Shown here piece by piece: positions 36,904 through 51,518 of a stretch of DNA of 64,000 nt (its first letter is position 1; each line of letters begins with the position of its first letter). This DNA is from Botryllus schlosseri (Eukaryota): NCBI GenBank assembly GCA_051294905.1, contig CM119372.1, forward strand, positions 9,736,001 through 9,800,000, written 5' to 3'. The translations under genes were made by a program, and so were the position numbers. Under the pieces are notes generated by a model. That model was not told where the DNA came from. It saw only the letters and a list, made by a program, of their open reading frames with translations, and did not search any database.

Positions 36904-37624
36904 TAGGGCGATTTTTTGAATCAAAAATGAGGATATTGACCAAAAAAAAATCAAAATTTTGACATTTTTTTAACCTTAAAAACCTAATTTAGACCAAATT
37001 TTGACCTCATGTATGTAAATTAAGTGTTTTCCCACATACTCTTAGATTGTACTACTTATAATTAAAATAAATAATATAAATAAAATATATTAATTAAAAT
37101 CTGTTGTAGTACAACAAAGAAAGATCCTTTCCTACATTCTCGGGTAGAAAGAGTATGTCCTTAATAAGTGCTTGCCAAGAATGGAGAAAGAACGTTCAAC
37201 AGCAGCAGTTTTTGGCTGTCAACACTGAAGTCGTGCGGACACCGCTGGCGACACACCGTGAAGCTTCATTCTGACACTTCATTCTGACGCTTTTTGATAT
37301 AAGAACCAATGCCCACGCAGTCTTGCCTCAGTTAGGATATTGCGGTACGTTCAGCATAACACCCTGTAAAACCTATTTGTTTCATTTGGCCGTTTTCACA
37401 ATGAGCAGATAATGGGCTGTCTACAATGGTAGGCCCATGAAGTAGGCTAAAGGCTGTAAAATGTCAAATGATAAGTTCAGTGCAAACAGTCGCGATACAA
37501 ACGAAATGCAGGTGGCAATATTATTTTTGACTTCGTTAACAATTTTGACAATGTTTTGACCTAGCGCTACAATTTTGACAGAATTTTGACTTATTTTGAC
37601 ATGGCAAAAAGAAAAATCACCCTA
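36904..37624. mobile_element. hAT MITE nested in an older hAT MITE (about 36767-37786)
   Basis: TAGGGCGATTTTT...AAAAATCACCCTA, perfect TSD GTCATCAG, TTTTGAC subterminal repeats. Confidence 0.85.
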
Positions 37625-38607
37625 GTCATCAGTTATCTCATTTTAGGCACGGAATAGCCTAAATAGAGTTGAGCTTTATGTGATGACTGATGTCCTTCCA
37701 ATCTTCGGCTTCTGAAATTATGGCGGTACGCGCAACCGCTCATAAAACGTGAAGGCGTCCGCGATCAAAAAATTTAAGAACTACTGCGTATAGAGATGCA
37801 CTATTTGGTGTATTTTGTCTAGAACTTCACATGGAATACGAATCAGACACATGACATAGTGTTTACCCAACATGCTCGTATACGTCGTACGACTTGTGGT
37901 TTACTTCGATGCAAAATGTCACGTAGATTGGTGAAAGATTTGACGTCATCTTTGTTCCCTAATCTCTATCATCTCAGGACTTCGGCGACTACAATTGTAT
38001 GGTATGAGAATCATTCCTTACTTTGCTTAGTTCCAACCAGTGGAAATTTTGTATTTGAATAAAATAGTATTTACGGTGGGTGCTCACCTATAATAAATAA
38101 TTAAAGTATTGGACACCTTAAATACTATTTTATTCATATCCAAAATTTTTCGACAGCAATAACTCCGCTTCCACAGGTTGGAATTGAGTCAAATTTGGTG
38201 AGCATCGTTTCTATAGACAACCTAACAATTTCATGAAGTAGCCAGTACAATTTGAGAATTTATTTTTTGAACACCCCTACTGAACAGAGATTGTCAGTAG
38301 CTAAGTACTTCTACTTTTTCGAAGTACTCAGCGTAGGTTTTGCTTACTTGCAATACTTGCTCAAGCGGTTGTATTTTGAATACTATTTTATAGACGAGAA
38401 AAGGCACGAAATAGCCATTCGAGTTACTGCTTAATATATTTTTGTTGATTGTATATGTTTGTAGCGTCATTAGTCGTTCAGCGTTCGTGTCGAAAATACA
38501 TCTTGCAATGTCAAGAGTGTAGTCACCACTGATTACCTGACAAAAGTATACGAACCTACTCTACTCATTGAAGATGCTTATGGGAATACTTTTGTGACCT
38601 TTCATTA

Positions 38608-41600
38608 CACTGGTCAACACATATTTTCAGACAGGCAAAGTAAGAGTGGCTTTGGGGTATTCTGAAAGGCACTGATTCCGAATATGACCTTAGTTTTTTT
38701 TTAATTGGCTCTTGTTGTGGAGATAACCCATGGGGTTATTTTGACCAGAAGCTCCCATTTTCTCTGTAATGGATAGATAGAAAAAAGGCTCAGTCGTACT
38801 ATAAAGTTTCGAAATGCAATCTACTTGTTATTTGTACACACAAAAGACTCTTTTAAATCAAAATATAACAACAGCACTATATTTAGGGGTATTAGATGTA
38901 TCATAGTTGTAGACTTTCACGGATATCACGTACATAAATAAACTCCAGTCATGTTTATGAGTATTTACCTAGATACTCAAATAACGTGGCATTAATTCAA
39001 TCAGTTTTACGTCAACCAGCTATTGTACATTTGAAATAATCAGTTGGAATATAAAAAATAATATTCATGTATATCAGTGGTTCTTAACCTTGCCTCCAGC
39101 GCCCCCAAGGGGCGCTGGCGATTTTGAAGGGGGCGGAAACGTTCAGGGGGCGATATAGGGGGCACTGGGCTCAGGGGGCGGTATGGGGGCACTGGAGAAA
39201 AATGGCTTCGCAGTAGATGATGTGGTGGTAGGACATATCCTTAATGAGTATTCAGAGCAAATTAACACCGAAAACTTCGTTATATACAGCCTACAAAAGA
39301 CATATAGGTTTAATTGTCCATGGGCGCCTAAATGACTGGCACCGAATGTTCCTGTCTTGGCAATCTGAACCCCAGAAGACGAATTCCATCTGGCAGGGAA
39401 AAATTATATGCCAGTGAAGAAATACCAATTTGAAATCGTGTGCGTCTTTTAGTTAGTACGATTGGGCGACAGGGATATCTAAAACTAGATATTCCTGTTG
39501 GGCGATTCTATATTTTTTAATATAGCAGGCAGGAGGTCACGAAATAACATCATGCAACGAAGTCATACCAACGGGCTCGCCCGCCCGAATATGTTTAATC
39601 ATTAGTTACGGACCCTACAGTTTCCAATACACCTCACAATGTTCGCTCTAACGACTAAAAAAGGTCATAACTTCAGATTTGTTGTGCGCAACGTAGATTT
39701 TCCGTGCGCAGAGACCGTGTCAGCACTGCGCACGTGCGCAGCTTAGAGGGAACATTGCACCTCACTCAGCTCTGCCGGTAAATCTGGTAACGTGAGCAGA
39801 GAGGACAAGAAATTGATAGCAATATATATGCAATTTCCGATCTTATCTACCGATTTTATCATGAATTATCGAAAGTTTTCGCTCTTCGCACTGGCTCGCT
39901 AAACAGTACAGCTGATTCCGTGGCAAAAGCGAACAACGTGATGGGGGGCGGTCGCTTTAACACCCTATGGGAGCCCAAGACCCAAGTTTTTTCGGGGGGC
40001 CTGACGAAGTGCCATTTCGTTCCTGCCAACGGGTATACGCCCGAAGATGTATAATTATTATTGAGGGGTCCTACCTTTTCAATCACACATCACTCAGCTC
40101 TACCGGTAAATCTGTTTACGTGAGCAGAGACAGGATAAAAATTGATCTCAATATACATGCAATTCCCGATCATATTGACCAATTCGGTCATTAATTAGTG
40201 AAATTTTTCGCGCTTCGCGCGTCTAGGCGAGAATAGCTGCCTCAGTAAATGGACACCCAATGTAGATGACTAGTATCAGCAAATAGCGGATAGCCGAAGG
40301 GGGGTCTGGGGGTGAAGCCCCCCGGAAGTTTGGTTTATCACCCAATGGGGGGTCCAAGACCAACGTTTTTTGAGGGGGCTGACGAAGTGCTGTTACGGCC
40401 CTGGTAACGAATTAATTACGAATTTATTTTCCCATACAACAGCTCACTCCGCGCTACTGGTAAATCTGATTACGTGGGCTGAGAGGATAAAAAGTTTACA
40501 GCGACTTATATATGTAATTACCCCCTATTCATTCATGCATTATAGAAAATTTTGGTACCTAGGGCGACCAGGCCACACAAACTTTGCTGGCCATCGAAAT
40601 CACGCTACGGGGTTCTTGGGGGCGAAGCCCTTAGAAGTTTGGTTTATCACGCTATAGGTGCGCAAGGCAATCGTTTTTAGGGGGGTTGAAGAAGTGCTGT
40701 TACGGCCCTCCCTCTTACTCATTGTTTTTATTACATTCCTTACAATATGAGGTTGGGGGGCGCTGGAGCACGATAATTTTTGAAAGGGGGCGCTGGAGAA
40801 AAAAAGGTTAAGAACCACTGATGTATATTAAAGCACAATAGTTTTTTGTACGATTGTCGCCTGCAAGCAATGTAGTGCAGTTTCTCGAAAGGTTACAGCA
40901 ATAGTCTGTCATAATATGATCATCTCATCTGCCCTGATATCTTTCTTTTGTTGTTTTGATATCTCGGTCGAACTCCCCCCTCCCCACACAAACACACACA
41001 CTTTTATGCTCATTTTTGTTCCAAGTTTTCTATATGCAGATACGAATTTTCGGACCAACTGTTTGTAGCTGGGTGCTTTGTGATCATCTAAAAAGTTTTT
41101 ATTTACTACATCTTAGTAGAAATTCCATACAGTGAACTCCTTCTTATTATGAAATTGGAATCTTTCATCCGTATTCGATTCTGAAATCTATCAAAGATAC
41201 CAGATTTCGCTTCTCGTTTGATGGGGATACTAGGTATACCCACTTTGTTGACTCAGCGGGAAATTATCCATTTACAAATCAAAAGAAATGAGACGCAGTA
41301 TGAGTATTTTTTGTGTTCTGATGTCTTAGTAGAACCTCTCCCCTTGCTAATCAACAAGATGATCAGGAAATATATCAAGATGACTGAACAGGAAGTGAAC
41401 TTTTATGCTCATGTTTGTTCCAAGTTTTCCATGTAGAGATGCGAATTTTCGGACCAACTGTTTGTAGTTGGGTGCTTTGTGATCATCTAAAAAGTTTTAT
41501 TACCACATCTTAGGAGAAATTCCATGCAGTAAACTCCTTCCTAATATGAAATTGGAATCTTTCATCCGTATTCGAATCTGAAATCTATAAAAGATACCAG

Positions 41601-42139
41601 ATTTAAGCTTCTCGTTTGATAGGGATACTATAGGTATACCCTCTTTGTTGACTCGGCGGAAAATTATCCATTTCCAAGTCAAAAGAAATGAGACTCATAT
41701 GAGTATTGTAGTTAAGCTTTTCAAGGACAAATTTTATAGCTTTATACTCCTCTTTAATCTTGGTAGAATGACCAATTGATATAGAAGAATATGTATTTTC
41801 GTTGTGCAAACAATTTTTAACTTGACAAACTGCTGTTTTGACAAACAAATATTTCGCACCAGGTCATGTTAATATTAATAGAATGACTGAGAACGACATG
41901 AGGGTTCTTCATAGTTAATTATCTATTTATCCGCAGTATAAAATTAGAAAAAACTACAATTTTTTGCTATCAAGTGAAATATTCAAGGGTAAATACAGTA
42001 ATATTTTTTAGGGGTATAAGTATCTTCTGAACAAGAGCCAATCTGGCTAAACTAATGTGATATTCGTAACCAGCAACCTCGAAAACACCGGAAACGGCTC
42101 TCAGATGTTCTGCCATTTTTTCCATTTTGTTGACCAGTT
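38608..42139 (-). mobile_element. Decayed TA-flanked DNA transposon (CACTGGTCAAC termini) with transposase remnants
   Basis: Both termini are present. Minus-strand LHNENTYSSISIGHSTKIKEEY...QQRGYT and LSNEKLKSGIF...QIR resemble a widespread DDE transposase family. Internal tandem duplication at 41001-41710. Confidence 0.7.
39075..40820. mobile_element. Composite hAT element nested in 38608-42139
   Basis: TIR CAGTGGTTCTTAACCTT...AAGGTTAAGAACCACTG, perfect TSD ATGTATAT; the interior is homologous, inverted, to the 47824-51518 family. Confidence 0.85.
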
Positions 42140-45100
42140 TTTATCTACGTCTACTGTTAGTAGTTTTATCACGTCTCCTAAACCGCTACCTCTACTTTTC
42201 CGTTAGTAACTATGGATATTCTAAAAATGTGTTCTACTACTCGTCGTGATCATATATTCGGGAATATGATGATTCTTCGTAGCAGTCGCGGTGGCCAAAC
42301 CATTCCCGCACTCTCCGAAATAAACTTCTTCCCAATGATCGTCGATAGACAAGACATGGTATGTTGAGCGTGATCATCGACACATTTCTGACGAGTTCTC
42401 TGCAAAATTTTCAGTCGAACTGTTGTGTAGTAGGTATCAGTTCGTGTTCGGTAAATTGTTATTTCGTCATAGTACCTAGATTTACACCCCAGAACAGTCG
42501 TGTATATGCATCTAACGCTATCCAAAACTATCTCATCGGGTACTTTCAATGCACTCTTGCCTTATTAAACACAAGCTGAAACTCCCTATTATTTATCCAA
42601 TTCAGCTATGCGCTATGTCTGGATATGCTAAAAGTATGAGTGCAACTATTTGAATTCGATGATCGCACGGCCATATGTGGAAGATTTTAGTCCGTGGCCA
42701 CTGGTCAGCTTTGTTCTATCGCGCTACCGCATATATGAATCCTGCGAACAACTAGACAACTATAGGCATGCTATAATATACCTAAAGACCGCTGCCTCTG
42801 GACATTTTTACAACGTAGAGTAAACGGGTGCGATAAGGCTATAAAGTTTTTGAAGACAGATGTAGCTGTCAACAGACCAGGAGCGTTTTTGGTCAAGGGA
42901 GTCATATTGATCCTATACTTTCAATTGTATTTCCCATATAGCCAAACGACAATTTCAATGAACTGCGATGCTGCGAATGAAAATCGTTGTGTTCTCGTAA
43001 CGATGATGTCTCGGTAAAAATTTGAAGGTTCACTAGCGAGTCTGTACGCCAAACGCGTTGCTGTAATTCGTGCGGTACGGCGATGAGAGGCAGTTTTCAT
43101 GCCGTTTCAGCTATATATAACCAGTCTTCATTGGAGGTCGTGATGAATAATTTTATTTCGGGGTAACGACATTTGTCCCATTTGCGCGGAAGAGTCACTT
43201 ACAACCTCACGATACTTAATGTGTTGCTTATGCTATCGTAGCAACACAATGTCGGCCAGGCCATGGTGACTTTTGTGCCGGTGCGTAATGTACATCGTAC
43301 AATACTGTACACATTGTACAGTACTCAGTTAAATAATATGTCGCTACAGCTGATGATAATGATATTGGTGAAAGGTCAATTTTGGAAACACAAACAAGAT
43401 CGCAATTTACACAGTGGTAAGGTTTATCATGATCAAACACAAAGTCTGACGTAATTTAGCGAGCAATCGAGCATCGTATTGTGTATTGTCAGTTATGGCA
43501 AAGAACAGTATCGTACATTACGTTCGTGTCTACTGTCTATTGTCCAGATTCAGTGGTGATATCAGCACATCGCGTATATAGACGACGAGTTGATTTTACG
43601 CATTACAATGTCCTGGATGCCGATTGAGAATTTATACGATGCTATCTTCTTACTAATTATGACGGTCTGTTGCTCTACAAGTCTCGTGTCTGAATACCGA
43701 CGGATACAGAAGATACGAAGTGAGGAAGATAACGAAGAAGAGTACAAGCGAATGATATTCAGTTCCGAATGATGGGCAATAAACTAGACGACTGCAAAGA
43801 CGCGTATTACCTGGTTTATCAGCAGGCAGCATAGTTTATAGTGAATATTACTATGTACTGAAAACGCTATAAAACGCATGTTGTTAAATTCCACAAGATG
43901 TCGCCAATAAAAAGTAACGCATTTCTTAGCAACAGACGTCAGGACCTTTACCAGGATACAGATGTATCAGTGGTGAGATTTCAATAGCTTCCAGCAGATA
44001 GTAGATCATTTGCGTTGCCGTTATGATATCAATACAGCGCTGCTACTACGACTTCGGCGAATATTCAGAGACTTTCTTGATCACCTATGATCCGTCGACC
44101 AACCCCGTGACTGTGACTCTGTGATATGCCTTTGCGACACCCGGATGACGATACTGACTCCTCTACCTTGAGCAGAATATTCTACACGATTTTGATTGCA
44201 TCAGCGATTGCTGTTTCATGGAAATACACAGGAGGGAACGAAGCTAACGATGCCAAAAGTAGTAAGTAAATATTCATACAACTCGCTTAGGCAGATACGA
44301 TTGGCTGAGACTGAAGGGACACATTTATATCGAGAGGTTGTTTTGTGAGCAATCAGCTCATCGTCTCACACGGGGGTTGGGAATTAGCGAACCCGGAGCC
44401 GCATAGGGCTCTGTCACACTTACGTCATTTGACTTATAAAATGTCAATCGTTGAACAGTAAAGTCCCCATAATTGGTGCAGTTTCAGCAGCAATAAGATA
44501 ACTCCGTTTCTTAGCTAATTAACTTGTGATTTCGTCGAGTCTGATGTCTATTTTCCAGTAGCATCCCGACGCCCTTCAAAACCGGATAAAATGCCAATTC
44601 GCAAACATTGTAACTAAATGAAATCTGGTTATAAATCATTTTCTAGATATTGGGATATTTGGAAGCCATACGTAAAGGGTATCTGGCTTGATAAAAAATT
44701 CACGTATCATCCGTATACATTTTTCATGACAATACCTTTCATCACCTGCCGTTCATTCTCATCGCTTCACCACATAAACCTTTGACTTGTTACTTTGTAG
44801 CTTCTGATTTCATAACGTCTCACGATTTAAATTACTTGGTGGGAAATGGGATCAAAATGGCTCTACCGATACTGATATATTTTGCTTATAGACTAACTAA
44901 ATATGGATTATGATCTAATTATATGGATTGCTATTCCAATATACCCAGATATACTGTTATATGTCACTATGCAGCGGGGTAAATGAAGCACACCTAATAA
45001 TTGTCCCCAAACAGAACATATTCTCGGTTGTTGGAGCGCGTAATATCGTGTTATGCTCCCGCCGATGCTTAGGTGGTGTAAAGAGTACACTGAAAGTCCA

Positions 45101-45627
45101 TCGCTATTTGCTAATAACAAGTGCGTTGTATTTCTATAGATTCAACGGGCATGATAGTGGGCTCCATTGCAGTGTTCGCCGTTGTCATGGAAATTATCAA
45201 GCAATTATTTGAGAGGGGAATCCGACAAAGCATGACTTCTGAGAGAAAAAGAAAATGAAAACGACCCGACAACTGTTTCCGATTTTTCGGAAAGAATAAG
45301 AATGGATATACCGGTTATTGGTCATATAATTATGTATTGGCCGATGAAGACTTATTTTTCAAAATTATGACAAAAGGCGAACTTCTACTTGTATAGATTA
45401 TACGCAGAGAGAAGGAAAAGATAAGTAGTGGCATCACGTAGTGACAGGACGCAGTGACAGGAATCGTATCATTGCTTTAGACATGCACTTCTCAATACGC
45501 AAGTATTATATACTGATTTTCCGGTGATCCACAAAGTATACATCGAAGAAGCATTTTGCGTCAGGTATATTTTCAAACATTCATGAATTTCAAAATTGAG
45601 GAAATATTATGAATATTCATGTTAGAC

Positions 45628-46652
45628 CAGTGGTTCTCAACCTTTTTGTCTTCGCGGACCCCTTTCGGACCATCACGGAAGCCGCGAACCCCCACGAAGT
45701 TTCAGTTCAAACTGAGCTCAATTATCGTACAATCGTCATCTGCGTCTCGTGCAAATGAATACTGTAGGCTTAGTGATAAACAGTAAGAAAATGACTTTTC
45801 ATGAAAATAAGATCACACTATTCATGTAAAAATCGGGTTGACTTCTTTTATTACAAAACGATTTCTGCAACCTGCATTTCTTGAAACACGCGGTCGTGTC
45901 CTCAAAATACACTCCTTCGATTTGATATGAACGAGTGCTGAAAATCCATTTCCACAAATATAGGCGGTAACGAATGAAATACCAACGCGTAACGCTACCG
46001 CCGACACATTCGGGTATGATCGCAACAAATATGCCACGAAAGTTGACAAACATTTTCTTTTATAATGAACATATAACGACAAGCCTGGTCATTTCTATCT
46101 AGCAGATTATCTTGAAGTTATTATGGAAAACATGGTTATGTATATCACAGGAGGAAATGGATTTTTGTAAATATTTCGAAGACACCGTGATTGACCATAC
46201 TCATCCATTTTTTTGACAATCTCCAACAGAGCATCTCTAAACAGCAAAATGTTTGTATCAGTTGGCTATTGACAATTTAGCAATTAAAATGAGTATCCTC
46301 AGTAGGATAGTTCATATCAGATAGCCAATCTGTTGATGTGAGCTCTGGAGTTTTACTAGTAATGAGTGAAGCCGCCTTGTGATTTTCCGAATTTGAAAAA
46401 TACCAATTAGGTTATCAAAATGTTTGTATCAGTAGGCTATTGACCATTCAGCAATTAAAATGAGTCTGCACAGTAGGATATTCCATCTCAGACAACCATT
46501 CTATTGATGTGAGCTCTGGACTTTTACTAGTAATGAAGCGAAACTGCCTCGTGATTTTCAAATTTAAAAAAATTCAAATTAGGTTATCAAATATTTTGAG
46601 GCCTCGCGGACCCCCTGAAAATGCTTCGCGGACCCCCGGTTGGGAACCACTG
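45628..46652. mobile_element. hAT (Charlie-like) non-autonomous element
   Basis: CAGTGGTTCTCAACC...GGTTGGGAACCACTG, perfect TSD TGTTAGAC, internal duplication of about 175 bp. Confidence 0.88.
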
Positions 46653-47823
46653 TGTTAGACCTTTGCTTCCATGGTGTGATCAGCACAAAAATTGAAAGCC
46701 TGCCTACAGCCTTCACTATGCTAGTGATACAGACAAGCTGGCTTCCCTGTTTGGATTGATGCCGTCAAGCAACGACCAAATAATTAAAATGTCTCGATTA
46801 TGGGTATATAGCGATATGCACACTGCAAAACCAATAAAAGCTTTGCTATTCGTCATTGGATTATGACAATGTCATACATGCGCCCACGATTCGAACACAA
46901 ACGTGACATCCATCGATGCTCAAAAGAATGATACCGTGTTCTCCAGAGAAATTCGGCTCGCGATACATCGTGATTTGCATTTGGCAGTGTACGCAGTTAA
47001 CGGACATAAAATTTGACGATAATCCGAAGAAGAGGTGGAAGAAATTAATCCTAACTTTGACAGTTTTGCCATTACGTTTAATTCATCGTTTCTTACCTTC
47101 ACTAACCGGTGGAACAGTTACGCTAATATGCAAGCCTCCGGGGGCTCGCAGAACTCCATATATTCGCTGAGTCGTAACCCTACCACAATTGACATCTAAC
47201 TATACTATAGATTGCTGGTGTCCAAAGTGAACTGGGCATAAACAGATTGTTTAAAAGAACAAAACCATTAAAATATGATTTTCACAAGTAGCGTAAACAT
47301 TATATCGAATTTTCATTGCAAATCTGCTGTTCCCTTTCAAATACCAGTTTAGAAGTCCGAAATTTCACGTTGTAAAGTGTCATCGTATTGCACAGTGGAA
47401 CCGCAAGCGTGATACCACTTGCTTTATTATAAATGAGTTTTTATATTTGAGACATAATTGGCATTGCAGAAAGACTGGGTTTCGATTCTCGAACCTCCCC
47501 TGCGCACGCCGTTGCGCATGACGTACCACCACAACTGTCGTAATACGATTAGTGATCATGATCGGGCCTAAATCTCTGGAACAAATGATGACCAAGATGT
47601 GCGTATCAGCACCGATCATATGTGTGAGATGAATGCGTGTCTCCAAGGAACCCCTGAGACTGGCGTAGCCAACCCCTGATGTTCAATGGAACACGGGTTA
47701 AGAACCACTGGTGTAATTGATTCTTGACTCTTTTACGAAGTCATCGCATTCCTGCAATCCAAATGTTTAAATCAAAATATTGGAAACGGGACAATTAGAG
47801 TAGGGCCTACAAATAGTAACACA

Positions 47824-50800
47824 CAGGGCAGTAACAGGACTTCGTCAGCCCCCCAAACGTTGGTCTTGTGTCCCCCATAGGGCGATAAACCGGACCCCCC
47901 TCATGCTCTACGCTATTTCCGCTACTTATCATCTGTATTAAGTTTGAGTATCGTTATCCCATCTAACCGTGCGAAGCGCGAAAAATTTGTATAATTCATT
48001 ATTGAAGCGGTCAATATGATCGAGAATTGCATATATATTGCTATCTCTCTGCTCACGTATTAAGATTTACCGGTAGAGCGGAGTGAAGTGTGTTTGAAAA
48101 GGTAGGACCAATCAATAATAATAATTAAACATATCCGGGAGTATGCCTGTAGGCAGGAACGAAACAGCACTTCGTCAGGCCCCAAAAAACTTTGGTTTTG
48201 GGCTCCCATAGGGTGATAAATCGACTCCCTTCCCCCTCCATCACGTTGTTCGCTTTTACCACGAAATTAGTTGTACTATTTAGTGAGCACGCACCAAGCG
48301 CGAAAATTTTCAATGATTCATAATAAAATCGGTCAATAAGATCGGGAATTGGATATATAATGCTATCAATTTCTTGTCCTCTCTGCTCGCGTAATCAGAT
48401 TTACCGGTAGAGCTGAGTGAGGTGTCTTGGAAACTGTAAGGCTCGTAAATAATAATTAGACATCTTCGGGCGGGCGGACCCGGTGGTATGACCTCGTTAC
48501 ATTATGTTATTTCGTGACCTCAGCAATATAAAAAAATTGTAGAATCGCATAAACGTACTACGATAACACGCACACTAGGGTTGTTCAGAATTGATCAACT
48601 TTCAAAATATCGTGGTTTTCAGTCCGATTCCCATGCCTTATCCCATAAAAACATATTCTGGGTACTTTATTTCGTAATTCATCCCTTGCATCCGTGTGCA
48701 CATTGAGCTGGAAGAATATCGGCTAAAAATAGGTGATTCCCCTAAAATTTGAGTGTCGCTATTCGGACTAGGCTAGTAAAACGTCATATATAAGCTGGTT
48801 TTATGTAGCTATTGCGGTTGGGGTGCTACATAACCTCACTATAGAAAGTATTGTCAGTTCAGGACACCATTTACATGTCCCACACTGCCTTAGAACTCCT
48901 CAAAACTGCCTAAGACTGATAGTCATTTTGTTGGATCACCTATTCTACACTCCTCAACCCTACCCGAGATTGTTCATCAATTGCCGGGATCACCACGATC
49001 AAGAATACAACTGTAAATGTATCATTCACTCACAGCCACATTATAAACATCACATTGTTCAAAGGAAACGAAACAAAAAGCCAAAGAAACAGATCAACTT
49101 GGCACATTGCATTGCACTGCGATGCAAAGCTCACTAGAAGTCGTTTCGGAGGGAAATTTGAGGCATTGGCAGTGCTGGCATAGTCTGCGTATTCCAACGC
49201 ATTCGAGAAAGGCAAACTTCTTGGCAATCGAACTCTGGAGAGTGCTACAGGAAAAGCACAGGCTGATCTGTCATTTGAACTGCTGGAACTTTATAATTTA
49301 ACAAATAATGTCAGAGCTCTTGTGTTTGACACAACACCGTCAAACAATGGAAAAAATAAAGGTGCGGTTCTGTTACTTGAAGAATTGATAAACAGGAAAG
49401 TTTTCTACTTTCTACTTCTGCTTGTCGCCATCATATTTATGAACTAGTCATCCGGGGAGGTCTGGAAGTGAAGTGTGTTTGGATCTGCGACCACAGGCCC
49501 TGAAAACACAGATTTTAATACCTTCCAAGAAGTGGAAAGATATTGATCAATTAAGAAGCTCTAAAACACTTCAGTTTGATGAATTCAGCTGGTTGGCGAT
49601 CAAAGCTGATGAAGCTAAGCAAGAAACAATTCCACTGATGAAGCCATATAATGGAAAGCAGAAAGAAGTCTTGATAATAAATGACTACAGAGAATGTGCA
49701 ACAGGCACCTTGGCGATTGTAGCTGCCCAATATATTGATAATCGTTTTCGCAAGCCTGGTGCTACTAATAGCACTGGATGGATGAGTCAAGTGCTGTACT
49801 GTCAGAAATGTTCATGTGGAGAGAGCAAATAGGCTATTCTGAAGAGTTCATTAGAAAGTTGCCCTGTTTTATGTCCCAGCTTGGTTGAAAACTGGTAATG
49901 CATGTGACGCACAGTATATTGATCTCAAATTCCTTCATGGCATGACAGACTTTTCATTGTGCGATTTCACAGTTGCTGATGTGGCATATAAAAAGATGCG
50001 AGAACATCATTGGCATCTCACCGAGGAAACGGTGGTATCAACAATGTTCTCGGCTAAACCAAAGATTCCTGAGAAAGTGAAGGAAGCGATGGCTGCTAAA
50101 TTGCTGCAAATGCCAATAGCCTACCTCTGAGTCTAATCTCTGACTCTGTCTCTGAGTCAATGAGTATGGTTGCTTTAATTGAACCGGAATCATGGTTTCT
50201 ATCCAATGCTATACATGTCGAACATGATTAATTTAGTCTTCCAGTTTCGGAATGGCATACTGATTCGCATTTCGTGACTGCTCAAGAATTTGTGAGTAGC
50301 GTGGAAATAGTTAACGGCGCAGCAGAGCGTTTGGTGAAATTGAATACCGACTTTGATGCTTTCAAAACAGATGACAAAGAACAGCGAGCGAGCCTCTTAC
50401 AAGCCGTGGAAGATAACGGGAACAGATATGCCGATTTCTCTAAAGCAACCATTTCATGCGGACCTGATTTAAGTAGTATTTGCCAAGTTGATCTGTTTCT
50501 TTGCCTTTTTGTTTCGTTTCCTTTGAACAATGTGATGTTTATAATGTGGCTGTGAGTGAATGATACATTTACAGTTGTATTCTTGATCGTGGTGATCCCG
50601 GCAATTGATGAACAATCTCGGGTAGGGTTGAGGAGTGTAGAATAGGTGATCCAACAAAATGACTATCAGTCTTAGGCAGTTTTGAGGAGTTCTAAGGCAG
50701 TGTGGGACATGTAAATGGTGTCCTGAACTGACAATACTTTCTATAGTGAGGTTATGTAGCACCCCAACCGCAATAGCTACATAAAACCAGCTTATATATG

Positions 50801-51518
50801 ACGTTTTACTAGCCTAGTCCGAATAGCGACACTCAAATTTTAGGGAAATCCCCTATTTTTAGCCGATATTCTTCCAGCTCAATGTGCACACGGATGCAAG
50901 CGATGAATTACGAAAAAAAGTACCTAGAATATGTTTTTATGGTATAAGGCATGGGAATCGGACTGAAAACCACGACATTTTGAAAGTCGATCAATTCTGA
51001 ACAACCCTAACGCACAAGATATGAAATTAGTATTTCTTCACCGGTATATAATTTTCCCGTGCGGGATGGTATTTGTCTTGTGAGGTTCAGATTGACAAGA
51101 CAGGAACATTCGGCGCCAGTCATTTAGGTGCCTATGGACAATTAAACTTATCTGTATCAGCATAAGCGCAGTACTTTTCGGCCAAAGTTTTCTCGCTGCC
51201 GATCGTTCTGGCGCACCTCTTGGAGTCGCATGTTACATTGCCTAAAACTTTTTATCTTGGTACGTCGTGGCGCGGCAATGGCCAACTCCGATATGCCCAT
51301 TTCTATAAATCTTGCGTATTTTTTCTTGGGTGAAGAGTACCCAATAATCAAGATAGCTGGTAACGAGAAATCGCGCCCAGCGCGAAAATTTTTTGAAAAA
51401 GCTGCATAAATTTTCAAAAACGCCTCCATAATTTATGCTAATTCACGAAATAATTTTGGGCCCCCTTCGAGCTCGCCCCCTCCAATCGGGGGATTGGGGT
51501 GCGGCAGTTACGGTCCTG
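47824..51518. mobile_element. hAT non-autonomous element hosting a nested hATm copy
   Basis: CAGGGCAGTAAC...GTTACGGTCCTG, perfect TSD GTAACACA. Confidence 0.88.
48576..51009 (+). mobile_element. hATm-type transposon remnant with about 530-bp terminal inverted repeats
   Basis: TAGGGTTGTTCAGAATTGATC termini, TSD ACGCACAC/ACGCACAA. Frameshifted transposase motifs FDTTPSNNGKNKGA, ACRHHIYEL, PGATNSTGWM, HHWHLTEETV and VNGAAERLVKL. Confidence 0.88.

Noticed and set aside
42250..42579. 99-aa and 72-aa ORFs
   Set aside because: No recognisable motif or convincing splice partners.
48823..49137. ORF duplicated in inverted orientation at 50469-50762
   Set aside because: By-product of the long TIRs, with no recognisable domain.
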